From the NCBI GenBank assembly GCA_963803825.1, contig CAWDOJ010000001.1, forward strand, positions 151,102-215,101: a stretch of DNA of 64,000 nt. The letters run 5' to 3'. This DNA comes from an uncultured Verrucomicrobiae bacterium (GTDB lineage: Bacteria; Verrucomicrobiota; Verrucomicrobiia; Chthoniobacterales; JAATET01). A model generated the notes under the pieces. That model was given only the letters and a program-made list of their open reading frames with translations, was not told where the DNA came from and made no database searches. The translations under genes were made by a program, and so were the position numbers. Position 1 is the first letter of the stretch. Each line of letters opens with the position of its first letter. This document shows positions 48,001 through 57,034 of the stretch, in pieces.

Positions 48001-48360
48001 ATCCACTCGTCGGAAAACTCTCCCGTCCCCAAAGAACATCTCCATCGGCGAATTGAACGCCAACACCAGCTCGTCAGCTTCGATGACCTCGGCGGGGCTC
48101 CGGCCGTCGACCGTTGTCGCCTTGACGTCCCTCAGGACGATGGGTCGAGACAAGCCAGCCTTCACCGAGCCAGCCTCCACCCGCCAGCCCAACCGAGGTG
48201 CCACGTGCTCGAGCCCCTCGCGGACCAGCCATCCCCCGATCCGCTCGTTTCCGAAGAAGACCCCGATCAGGATTGCTGCAAGCAATAGCAACACCCACGC
48301 CCGCTTACGCGGCTTACCCTCCGTTCGGCCCTCCGGCCCTGCGCTCGCATCCTCACTCAT
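45052..48360 (-). CDS. TamB/AsmA-like translocation-and-assembly-module protein
   Basis: N-terminal signal-anchor AWVLLLLAAILIGVFFG, about 1,000 aa of beta-rich repeats, and a DUF490-like C-terminus (LRGDLRLAGALGAPRIAGRLALSKLTV...LALSGRSVISGQAVSYAAVGTWPKL). ATG at 48360; an alternative TTG lies at 48375. Confidence 0.7.
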   Translation of the reverse strand: MSEDASAGPEGRTEGKPRKRAWVLLLLAAILIGVFFGNERIGGWLVREGLEHVAPRLGWRVEAGSVKAGLSRPIVLRDVKATTVDGRSPAEVIEADELVLAFNSPMEMFFGDGRVFRRVDGVAVNWSIDLREDGVRSPATAAVTGPAERERRAAMRLRFLPLTLAVRSGVARVESDHGTLQLVGINGALSESTVSKATVGSVEVRAGARSYVRRGLRAATSWRDGVAFFSDIALAESVVLRTLVASVADPAGTSLSLDLSVGSGDVRGDVSLTTRAGLLEIDLALSAAELPLESVAKLIGLSEPFGGVVREGRVTWRGTPGRWADSEIALRLEVEGLTRRGERWDSLVMGANFIGRRLYFSNFQLAAGENRVTANGEIAVPRGEAGWLDSNFLLNVSADVREMRKLAVFAGDWWSDLQGRLSLHGSVSGDDGRIDGYANGEASRLTLRGLPPASLKFATKLRDMELEVRSAEIWSGGDRLTAKGSLDLAAPHRYSGSVAGTMADVSRFTGKLDGLAAKWLESGGFTVSWQGDGTWAAHSGVFKATLADAATPWTPAGITGDFEGSYSPDNVHLSQLRLRNGPLEFNTRLTVSDAGINLADLDLKRRKLQLLAGEAFVPVNVFALVRGERPVDAIDLEKPVYARIGSGELPLAELVAMAGQDAVAGGTVKFRLEASGPLPTMALDGSVSAREVSAGFSGYQLPKTAVDLAISTEQSRLLVDGEINSKGFEPLVVEATMPFGFEIAEDGRARFFDQSAPVAAKTFIPRTNLSVVGALIPGIHATAGTISGALEIAGTVAAPEFRGELVLADGAMALSDPAVPGVTDLNARIQLAGTSIEIAEARGKVSGGEAEFSGQWLVAQKKPMRLALRASGVTVEAFGFRGLADVQLEAKGRPGQGLVTGTIEVLEGGLAGSYRASAELHVRDVSGGRDELSAQPPRTGWEIDARVDLQNGIGLGSGSDAGELRGDLRLAGALGAPRIAGRLALSKLTVRSAAGWPLPVSGTLYLSENGPAAPALALSGRSVISGQAVSYAAVGTWPKLAGWIRGLPVRDTIGAVKALDEVSKPLTPWTGTEGGRRAIRPFPALERSPFWIPIGIRIDAER

Positions 48361-48569
48361 CACGCCACTCGCCAATCGAGCTCCCTCCGTCTGCCAGGAA
48401 AAAATTCAGCCCGAAAAAGGATACAGCCCGCCGCAGCCAAATGGCGCGACGGGCTGTTGTTCCCCCCAGAACAATCTTTCGATGAGCGGAAGGTAGCCGA
48501 GCCTGGACGCCCTGCAACATAAATGTTCCGAAAACTGAAAATTGTTTCAAAATCCTTCACCACAACCGT

Positions 48570-49097
48570 TTACGGATTTGACCCAATCGTGTCTTCCGCC
48601 CAATACAATCGTTTTGACGTCATCTCGTCCCCAGCGAACTCGAAAAAACCGCTGAATCGGCCCCCGTTCAGCATTCCGGGCAGCCAATGCACGTCGTCCG
48701 CCCACATTTCTTCGTAAGGAATCTCGTCGATCTTCGTCCAGATTGGGTCCGCCTCGTCGGTCTCGATGAGGTCCCCCTCGCAGTCCGCGGCTTGGTAAAC
48801 GGAGCATTCCAGCGAGTAGCCGTCCGCAAATTGGAAGAACAGCTCCCCCCGCAGCTCCACGCGCAGCGGCGTCACCCCGACTTCTTCTTGCGTCTCGCGG
48901 ATCGCGGCCTCGAGCGTTGTCTCGCCATGCTCCAGGCGCCCCCCCGGAGCGTTGATTTTTCCCGCGCCCAGTCCGCGCTTTTTCCGGATGAGCAGGATCC
49001 ACCCTGCCCGGACCACAAAGCAAAGTGTCGCGCGCTCCGTTGGTTGCCACTGGTCCCAGGGCGGTCCCGATGGCCAGGCGAGTCCCAGCCCGCTCAC
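48570..49097 (-). CDS. NUDIX hydrolase, MutT/MTH1-like
   Basis: Nudix box GGRLEHGETTLEAAIRETQEEVGV and an MTH1-like C-terminal half IPYEEMWADDVHWLPGMLNGGRFSGFFEF. The GTG start overlaps the DoxX stop. Confidence 0.85.
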   Translation of the reverse strand: MSGLGLAWPSGPPWDQWQPTERATLCFVVRAGWILLIRKKRGLGAGKINAPGGRLEHGETTLEAAIRETQEEVGVTPLRVELRGELFFQFADGYSLECSVYQAADCEGDLIETDEADPIWTKIDEIPYEEMWADDVHWLPGMLNGGRFSGFFEFAGDEMTSKRLYWAEDTIGSNP

Positions 49098-49543
49098 CCG
49101 AATCCGGGTAGGAGCTGGCCACTGAGGGCTCGGTCAAACGAGAGGCGCCCACCCCCTAGGAACAGCAGCGCGAAGGCGACCATTCCGAGCGCCGCCGGGT
49201 ACTCGTTGGCCGAGATCCCCTCACCCGCGTGCACGATGACCATGGCCCCGGCCATGATCGCCATCACCCCGAGAGCCGCCAAACGGGTGAAAAATCCGAA
49301 AAACATCGCCACGGCGGCGAGCAGCTCACCCACGATTGCTGCCCCAGCCAAAGCGACTGGCAGCCCCAAGCCTTCGCTGGCAGACCACGTCCCGAGGGTC
49401 TCAGTCCAACCGTCCCCGCCGAACCAGCCAAACATTTTTTGCCCCCCGTGGTAGACGAACACCGCAGCCAGAAGCATGCGGAGAACAAACGGCCCGAAGC
49501 TATTTGACGTGGCAAAAAATGCGTAGATCGGGTTGCTCGACAC
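49094..49543 (-). CDS. DoxX-family membrane protein
   Basis: FVLRMLLAAVFVYHGGQKMFGWFGG, with four hydrophobic segments. Confidence 0.85.
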   Translation of the reverse strand: MSSNPIYAFFATSNSFGPFVLRMLLAAVFVYHGGQKMFGWFGGDGWTETLGTWSASEGLGLPVALAGAAIVGELLAAVAMFFGFFTRLAALGVMAIMAGAMVIVHAGEGISANEYPAALGMVAFALLFLGGGRLSFDRALSGQLLPGFG

Positions 49544-49604
49544 CCGGCGGATATAGCAGTCGCTCTCCGAATCGAAAATCGAAAACCGCGCTTCCGAGAT
49601 CCGC

Positions 49605-49677
49605 TAGGGGCGGCGGGATTCGAACCCGCAACCAACCAGTTATGAGCCGGCTGCTCTAACCATTGAGCTACACCCCC
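49605..49677 (-). tRNA. tRNA with CAU anticodon (elongator Met, or Ile2 if lysidine-modified)
   Basis: Folded manually as GGGGGTG-TA-GCTC-AATGGTTA-GAGC-A-GCCGG-CTCATAA-CTGGT-TGGTT-GCGGG-TTCGAAT-CCCGC-CGCCCCT-A. No encoded CCA. Confidence 0.85.
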
Positions 49678-49821
49678 CGAAGGGCGACCCCTGTTATACG
49701 CACACCCGGTCCCATTTTCCACGTCCTTCCTCGGCGGTCCTATCCGAGCCGGGTCCGAGCCGCGCGATTCCCATTGCATTCGAGCAACTCCAGGTGCAAA
49801 GTCCCCGGTCGCTAGAGAAAA

Positions 49822-49895
49822 CGGGGCGTGGCTCAGCTTGGTAGAGCGCGTGGTTTGGGACCATGAGGTCGCAGGTTCGAATCCTGTCGCCCCGA
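49822..49895 (+). tRNA. tRNA-Pro (UGG)
   Basis: Folded manually as CGGGGCG-TG-GCTC-AGCTTGGTA-GAGC-G-CGTGG-TTTGGGA-CCATG-AGGTC-GCAGG-TTCGAAT-CCTGT-CGCCCCG-A. G37 is present. Confidence 0.9.
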
Positions 49896-50033
49896 TTCTT
49901 TGATAGCCGCGACGTTCGGACTCCCGTTCGCGCACCGCCTCTGGCTAGGTTCGTTTTTGGTTGAAACCCGCCCCCCTTTGGATTCGTAATCCCTTGCCAG
50001 ACGAGACCACCGCGCCCACCGTCAACCGAAGTC

Positions 50034-51374
50034 ATGCCGCACGTCGCCAAGGATTTAACCCAGAAATGTCGGGATTATCGGGATTCCTCCGATGCTCGAG
50101 CGCAGGGTTTCTATCCCTACTTTCGCCGCATCGGCGAGACAGAAGGCAACCACGTCATCTGCGGCGGCGAGCGCAAGATCATGATCGGGTCGAACAATTA
50201 TCTCGGCCTAGCCCAAGACCAGCGTGTCGCCGAGGCATCGTGCGACGCGCTGCACAAATTTGGCGCTGGCTGCACGGGGTCACGTCTTCTGAACGGCAAC
50301 ATCGCGCTGCACGAAGAACTCGAGGGCCAGTTGGCCGACTTCCTCGAGCGCGAATCGGTCCTGCTTTTCTCGACCGGCTTCTTTGCTAACCAGGGTGCTC
50401 TCGCCACGCTCACCGAAGAGGGCGACTCCATCCTTTGCGACCGTGAGAACCACGCATCCATCATCGATGGCTGCCTCTTTGCCCCGGCCAAGCTCGTTCC
50501 CTTCCGCCACAATTCCGCCGAGTCGCTCCGCAATCGACTCAAACGTCTGCCGGCGGAGTCTGGTAAATTGATGGTGCTCGACGGCGTCTTCAGCATGTCG
50601 GGCGACATCGCCGATCTGCCACCGATCATTGAGACGGCCAAGGAGTTCGGCGCATTCACCTACGTCGACGAGGCGCACGCGCTTGGCGTCTTGGGACCCG
50701 CCGGTCGCGGCACGGTCCACCACTTCGGACTCAACGATGAAGTCGATCTGGTCATGGGCACATTCTCGAAGAGCCTCGGCTCCATGGGCGGCTTCATCGG
50801 GGGATCCCAGGACGTCGTCGAATACCTGCGTCACAAAGCGAGGTGCTTCATTTTCACGGCTTCGCTCGCGCCCGCCGTCGTCGGCGGTGTCATCAAAGCT
50901 CTGGAACTCATGCGGGCCGAACCCGAGCGCATCGATGCGCTCTGGCGTAACACGCGCAAGATGCACGAGGGCTTCAGCCGCATCGGCTTCAAGATCGGCA
51001 CCACGCAGACCCCCATCGTCCCGATCCTTATCGGCAGCGAGGCGCGCGCATTCCAATTCACCCAACGGCTTTACGAAGAAGGCGTCTTCGCCACCCCCGC
51101 GATCTACCCAGCGGTCCGTTACGGCGAGGCCATCGTCCGCACGAGCTTCATGGCGACGCACACGGACGAGGACCTCGACCGGGTGCTCGAGATCTTCGCC
51201 AAACTGGCCCGCGAGCTTGGCACCTTCGACGACCCGGCCTACTCTGAGCCTGGACGACGCCGGAATGTTTTCGATTTCAGCCTGCAAGACGCCGAAGGAC
51301 CGGCGGACATTCGAGACGCTGCCAGAGCGCCTTCACGGAACGGATCCAGCGTTCACGCCGCCGTTTCCAGGTAG
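50034..51374 (+). CDS. PLP-dependent alpha-oxoamine synthase (serine palmitoyltransferase / Kbl / BioF family)
   Basis: IGSNNYLGL, ASIIDG, VFSMSGDIADLP, YVDEAHALGVLG and GTFSKSLGSMGG (PLP lysine). The unusually long C-terminal tail overlaps the next gene by about 110 nt. Confidence 0.88.
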   Translation: MPHVAKDLTQKCRDYRDSSDARAQGFYPYFRRIGETEGNHVICGGERKIMIGSNNYLGLAQDQRVAEASCDALHKFGAGCTGSRLLNGNIALHEELEGQLADFLERESVLLFSTGFFANQGALATLTEEGDSILCDRENHASIIDGCLFAPAKLVPFRHNSAESLRNRLKRLPAESGKLMVLDGVFSMSGDIADLPPIIETAKEFGAFTYVDEAHALGVLGPAGRGTVHHFGLNDEVDLVMGTFSKSLGSMGGFIGGSQDVVEYLRHKARCFIFTASLAPAVVGGVIKALELMRAEPERIDALWRNTRKMHEGFSRIGFKIGTTQTPIVPILIGSEARAFQFTQRLYEEGVFATPAIYPAVRYGEAIVRTSFMATHTDEDLDRVLEIFAKLARELGTFDDPAYSEPGRRRNVFDFSLQDAEGPADIRDAARAPSRNGSSVHAAVSR

Positions 51375-52384
51375 TGTCGCGAAGTTTCTCTCGCCTGGAA
51401 AATCGTCCTTCGCGCAGCATGGACAGATCTTTGCTTTCCTTGCCAAGCGAGATGGTCGGCCCGTCGGTCGCATCGCCGCGATCGTGAACCGAAGCCACAA
51501 CGACTTCCACGGGGATCGCGCCGGCTTCTTCGGATTCTTCGCCTGCGAAGACCGCGTAGCGACCGCGACCGCGCTCGTTGAGGCAGCGACCGATGCCCTG
51601 CGCGCCGTCGGATGCGACGAACTCCTCGGGCCGTTCAATCCGAGTATTCACGACGACTGCGGCTTGCTCGTCGCAGGCACCGACCTCCCGGCCAGCGTAT
51701 CAATGCCGTGGAACCCCAGCTACTACGCCGATCTATTGGACGCTACGGGATTCTCCGCCACCCGGACCTTACACGCCTACTTTCTGAGCCTTCACCGCGG
51801 CCTGCCCGACCGGATCGCTCGAGTCGCTGATCGCCTGCGTCAACGCTCCAGTGATCTCAAGATCCGGTCGTTCGATATGGCCCGCCTGGAGGATGAACTT
51901 CGGCTCACCCACCGGCTGTACAACGTGACTCTTGATCGTAACAGCGGCTTCTACCCCATCGCGCTGGACGACCTCCTTGCCTCCGCCGACGACCTCAGAG
52001 CTTTTGCCGATCCAGATCTCTTGATCTTCGCAGAGGCTCAGGGGCGTCCCGGTCGGATTCATGCTCACGCTGCCAAATTTCCACGAGATCCTCCGCCGCG
52101 TTAAGTGGGTCCCCCGTTGGCTCCGCATCCCGGCGATCCTCTGGCATCTGAAGACCAAGCCGATGCGATCCGTCCGCCAGGCGATCCTCGGCATCGACCC
52201 CGCCCACCGAGACCGCGGCCTCGCTGCCCTGCTCTGCGCCGACATGGTCGCGCGAACGCGAAAGAATGCCGACGTCGCGGAGTGTTCCTGGGTCGAGTCC
52301 AACAACGCCGAGGTGATCCCCGTCATCGAGCTCATGGGCGGCGTCCGCAACAAGACCTATCACCTCTACCGAAGGGCCATTTGA
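51265..52384 (+). pseudogene. GNAT-fold N-acyltransferase (bCerS-like candidate) interrupted by a 1-nt frameshift near 52041-52055
   Basis: Frame 1 reads MFSISACKTPKDRRTFETLPERLHGTDPAF...RDGRPVGRIAAIVNRSHNDFHGDRAGFFGFF...IFAEAQGRP. The protein then continues in another frame as (V)GFMLTLPNFHEIL...LGIDPAHRDRGLAALL...ECSWVESNNAEVIPVIELMGGVRNKTYHLYRRAI. The junction lies in the G4/C3 runs caggggcgtcccgg. Confidence 0.6.
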
Positions 52385-53403
52385 AGCTTCTCATCACGGG
52401 CGCGACCGGCTTCGTCGGTCGCAATCTTCTCCTGGCCGCGCTCGCCTCCGAAGCCTACGAGGAGATCGTGGTCAGCGTTCGGAACGAGGAAAAATTGCGA
52501 GCGCAACTCGCCGCCGATGGTGCCGAAGCGACCCGTCCTCGCATCCGGATCACGACGCGGCCCGACTTTGCCGACGTCGGCCCCGTCGACCACGCCGTTC
52601 ACGCTGCCGGCGTCAGCTTCGCCCGCGACCGCGACACCTATTTCACCGCGAACGTCGACGCGACCTGCACCCTCGCCGCCTCGCTTCCCCCGGCCACCCG
52701 GCTGCTTGTCCTCTCCAGCCAAAGCGCGGGCGGGCCGACGCCCCCGGGTCACTCGACCCGGAGCACTGCGGATCTCGATGAGCCGATCACGCTCTACGGC
52801 CAGTCCAAGCTGGAGATGGAGCGCGCCCTCATCGCCCTCCGCCCGAACGCGGCGATCTGGCGTCCCCCGATGATCCTTGGCCCCCGTGATGCCGCGACCG
52901 TCCCGCTTTTCAAAATGGCCGCAGCCTCGTTTCAGATCAAACCTGGCCGTCGGCCAAAGTTCTACAGTTGGATCGACGTCGACGACTTGGTCGCCGCCAT
53001 CCTTGCAGCGGTCCACTCCCAGACCTGGAACGCGATGGCCGGACGCCCGATCTACACCGCGTCGCCGGCCCCCATCACCGACCTCGATCTCCTCACCACC
53101 GCCTGCGCCACGGTCGGGCGCGAGGCCCGCATTGTCCGACTCCCTGGTCCCGTCCTCCGAGTCCTGTCCCACGTCGTCGACGCGGTTCCGAGTCTGCGCC
53201 TCGCCTGTCCGACGCTGACCCGCGATCGCAGCCGCGAACTTTACCATGATCGGTGGGTCATCGATTCGGCGGAGTTTTTGTCTACCTACGCTAGCGCCCC
53301 CACTGCCGCGCTCAAGGAGACGCTCGACAAGACGGCGGCTTGGCTACGGTCACGCCAGCGAACCCGCCCCCGACTCGACCATTTCCAATTGACCAACCCA
53401 TGA
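52381..53403 (+). CDS. NAD(P)-dependent epimerase/dehydratase-family SDR (CerR-like reductase candidate)
   Basis: TTG start overlaps the upstream TGA (TTGA). Rossmann motif KLLITGATGFVGRNLL and catalytic YGQSK. Confidence 0.8.
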   Translation: MKLLITGATGFVGRNLLLAALASEAYEEIVVSVRNEEKLRAQLAADGAEATRPRIRITTRPDFADVGPVDHAVHAAGVSFARDRDTYFTANVDATCTLAASLPPATRLLVLSSQSAGGPTPPGHSTRSTADLDEPITLYGQSKLEMERALIALRPNAAIWRPPMILGPRDAATVPLFKMAAASFQIKPGRRPKFYSWIDVDDLVAAILAAVHSQTWNAMAGRPIYTASPAPITDLDLLTTACATVGREARIVRLPGPVLRVLSHVVDAVPSLRLACPTLTRDRSRELYHDRWVIDSAEFLSTYASAPTAALKETLDKTAAWLRSRQRTRPRLDHFQLTNP

Positions 53404-53571
53404 ACGACCCACGCCGATTTTAGAGGGAATCCCTCCCCAAGCTTCTCGAGGCCACCGCCATCTGGGCCATCGTCGCAGGCGCCATTTTGGCTGGCTCACG
53501 TGGAAAGAAATCAACCGCACGCCCAACCAAGTCGAGATCGGCAGCCCGGTCACCTTCGAAGCCCTCGAGAC

Positions 53572-53835
53572 TCACGGCGTCGCGGACGGCAGCGCGATCT
53601 CTTGCCAGGGTATATCACCGGCACCCCGTTCGATCTCGCGTTTCGCGGCCAGTCCGGTGCCAGCGCCGCAGATGCGGCCCCGGACGTTCGACCTCCCACG
53701 CCCCTTGTCCTCCGGCGGAAAGTCGTCCTGCGCGAAAAAATCCTCGGAACCGGTCGTATGCGACCAACCCTTGGGAAAACCCCTACCGACCGCGAGGTCG
53801 AAAGCCTCCAAATATTTGCTTGCACCCCAGCGCAT
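53572..53835 (-). CDS. hypothetical small ORF (87 aa), possibly a gene remnant
   Basis: The first ~45 codons (MRWGASKYLEAFDLAVGRGFPKGWSHTTGSEDFFAQDDFPPEDKG) have normal composition and GC3-rich codons. The rest turns R/G-rich. No domain recognised. Confidence 0.25.
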   Translation of the reverse strand: MRWGASKYLEAFDLAVGRGFPKGWSHTTGSEDFFAQDDFPPEDKGRGRSNVRGRICGAGTGLAAKREIERGAGDIPWQEIALPSATP

Positions 53836-53893
53836 CGGTCGGTCGTAGCCGCGTCTTGATCTGCCCCCGCGTTTCCCCTATCCCCTACCCTTC

Positions 53894-54640
53894 ATGTTTC
53901 GTTGCCTCGCCTTCATTGCCTTCGCCGCGCTCCTCACCGGCTGCGGGGTTCTCAACCGAATTAATCCTTTCCATCGAGACCGCGGCCAACCCGCCGAGAC
54001 CGCCCAGCGCATGATCCGGGTCGACTGGTATGGCTACCAATGCTTCCGCATCAAGTCCGCGCTCGGCATCAGCATCCTCACGAATCCCTTCTCCCCCGGC
54101 TCGACCAGCTTCCCGGTCCCGACTGGATTGGCTCCGGAGATTCTCTTGGTCACGAACGAGGACAGCGACGTCAACAACATCGATCTCGTAACGAATACTC
54201 CCAGCATCTACCGCGGGAGCGTGGGCATGGGCACCAATACGTCGTCGGGCGTCCGCATCCTCGGCGTCCCGGTCTTCGCGAACCCCGAAGTCCAGGAAAT
54301 CAGCGGGATGAACGTCGTCTACCGCTGGTCGATGGACGGCCTCAAGTTCTGCTTCCTTGGCGAGATCGACAGCGCCCTTTCGAAAGAGGATGCCTCCAAG
54401 ATCGGAGCCGTCGACGTGCTTTTCCTCCCGGTCAGCGGCACCGCGCTCACTTCGACCGAGCGCGCCGACATCGTGACCCGCCTCCGCCCCCGCGTGATTG
54501 TTCCGATGGGCAGCGCGCCCGCCGTCCGCACCTACGCGTCCGGCTTCACCTCCGTCTATCCCCTCAACGGCAACGCTGCCCTCCTCTCCCGCGAAGCCCT
54601 TCCCGCTCAGCAGACCGTCCTGCTCTTCCAAGCTCCTTAG
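53894..54640 (+). CDS. MBL-fold metallo-hydrolase lipoprotein (UlaG-like)
   Basis: Lipobox AALLTGCG. IRVDWYGYQCFRIKSALGISILTNPF...LLVTNEDSDVNNI...VDVLFLPVSG. Confidence 0.78.
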   Translation: MFRCLAFIAFAALLTGCGVLNRINPFHRDRGQPAETAQRMIRVDWYGYQCFRIKSALGISILTNPFSPGSTSFPVPTGLAPEILLVTNEDSDVNNIDLVTNTPSIYRGSVGMGTNTSSGVRILGVPVFANPEVQEISGMNVVYRWSMDGLKFCFLGEIDSALSKEDASKIGAVDVLFLPVSGTALTSTERADIVTRLRPRVIVPMGSAPAVRTYASGFTSVYPLNGNAALLSREALPAQQTVLLFQAP

Positions 54641-54645
54641 TCCCC

Positions 54646-55901
<1,256 letters not shown>

Positions 55902-55905
<4 letters not shown>

Positions 55906-57032
55906 AAGCTCTCCTCGTCCTCTGGTCTCTGTTCGCCACCGCCAGCGCCTTCGCGCAGGACGTGCGCCCGGCCCAACCCGTCCCGGTCGCGACTCCGCTC
56001 CCGATCAACGCCACTCCGACGCCAGCGCCCGATCCAACCCCCACCCCCACCCCCGTCCCGCCTCCCCCGCCGCTTCGCGAGATGGTCGATGGGTTGAGTG
56101 AATCGCAGACCGAACAAGCGATCTCCGCCCTCACGTCCGACTTCCTCGACCCGTCCAAGACGGAGGAGAAATCCATCCGCCGCGCCACCCTCGAAGGCCT
56201 CGTCCGACGCCTCGCGCCCGGGGCCAGCGTCACGACTGAAGACGATGCCAACCGCGAATACAACGCCGGCAATTTTCTCGCCGAGATCCTGGATTCCCGC
56301 ATCGGCTACGTCCGGCTCGGCGGCCTCGACAGAGAATCCATCGCGCAGATGGATTCCGCACTTGAGAATTTCGACGGCAACCAGCTTCGCGCCGTCATCC
56401 TCGACCTGCGGGACACGGCCCCATCCGGCGACTTCGACATCGCCGCCGACTTCGCTCGCCGCTTCGCCCCGAAGGGCAAGATCCTCTTCTCCATCCAGAA
56501 ACCCAGCGTCAAACAGGAACGCATCCTGACGTCGAACCAAACCCCCGTCTTCGACGGCGTCCTCGTCGTGCTCACGGACGCCGATACCGCCGGAGCGGCT
56601 GAGGCCCTTGCGGCGACGCTTCGTCTCAATGCAAGCGCCATGATTGTCGGCGAGACGACCGCCGGCGAAGCGGTCGAGTTCTCCAACGTGCCGCTCGGTG
56701 ACGGCAAGATCCTGCGGGTCGCGATCGCCCAAGTCGTCCTCCCGGAGACCGGTGCCATCTTCCCCGGCGGTGTGAGCCCCGACATCTCGGCCGCGCTCCC
56801 TCCCCGCACCCAGGCTGAGATATTTGCCCTCAGCCGCGAGCAGGGAGTCAGCCAATTTATCTTCGAGATCGAGCGCCCCCACCTCAATGAAGCCGCACTC
56901 GTGGCCAACACCAATCCCGAGATCGACGCCAGCCTGGCCGGTCGCACCCGCCAGGAGACGTGGGACTCGGTCCTCCAACGAGCCGTCGACCTCGTCACGG
57001 CAATCAGTTTTTACAACACGCAGGAACGCTAG
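55902..57032 (+). CDS. S41-family (C-terminal processing) peptidase-like secreted protein
   Basis: TTG start overlaps the purD stop. Signal peptide, Pro/Thr linker, IGYVRLGGLDRES...LRAVILDLRDTAPSGDFDIAADFARRF...VLVVLTDADTAGAAEALAATL. Confidence 0.78.
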
Positions 57033-57034
57033 AC

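Noticed and set aside
49544-50033. tRNA-Met/tRNA-Pro pair as an integration site for a genomic island (the lipid operon or the TPS locus)
   Set aside because: There is no integrase, transposase or direct repeat of a tRNA 3' end. I can see no compositional break by eye on either side.
54040-54645. 5' extension of the purD ORF
   Set aside because: It is R/P-rich and overlaps the MBL hydrolase gene in another frame. The canonical PurD N-terminus MNILIVGSGGREHA starts at 54646.
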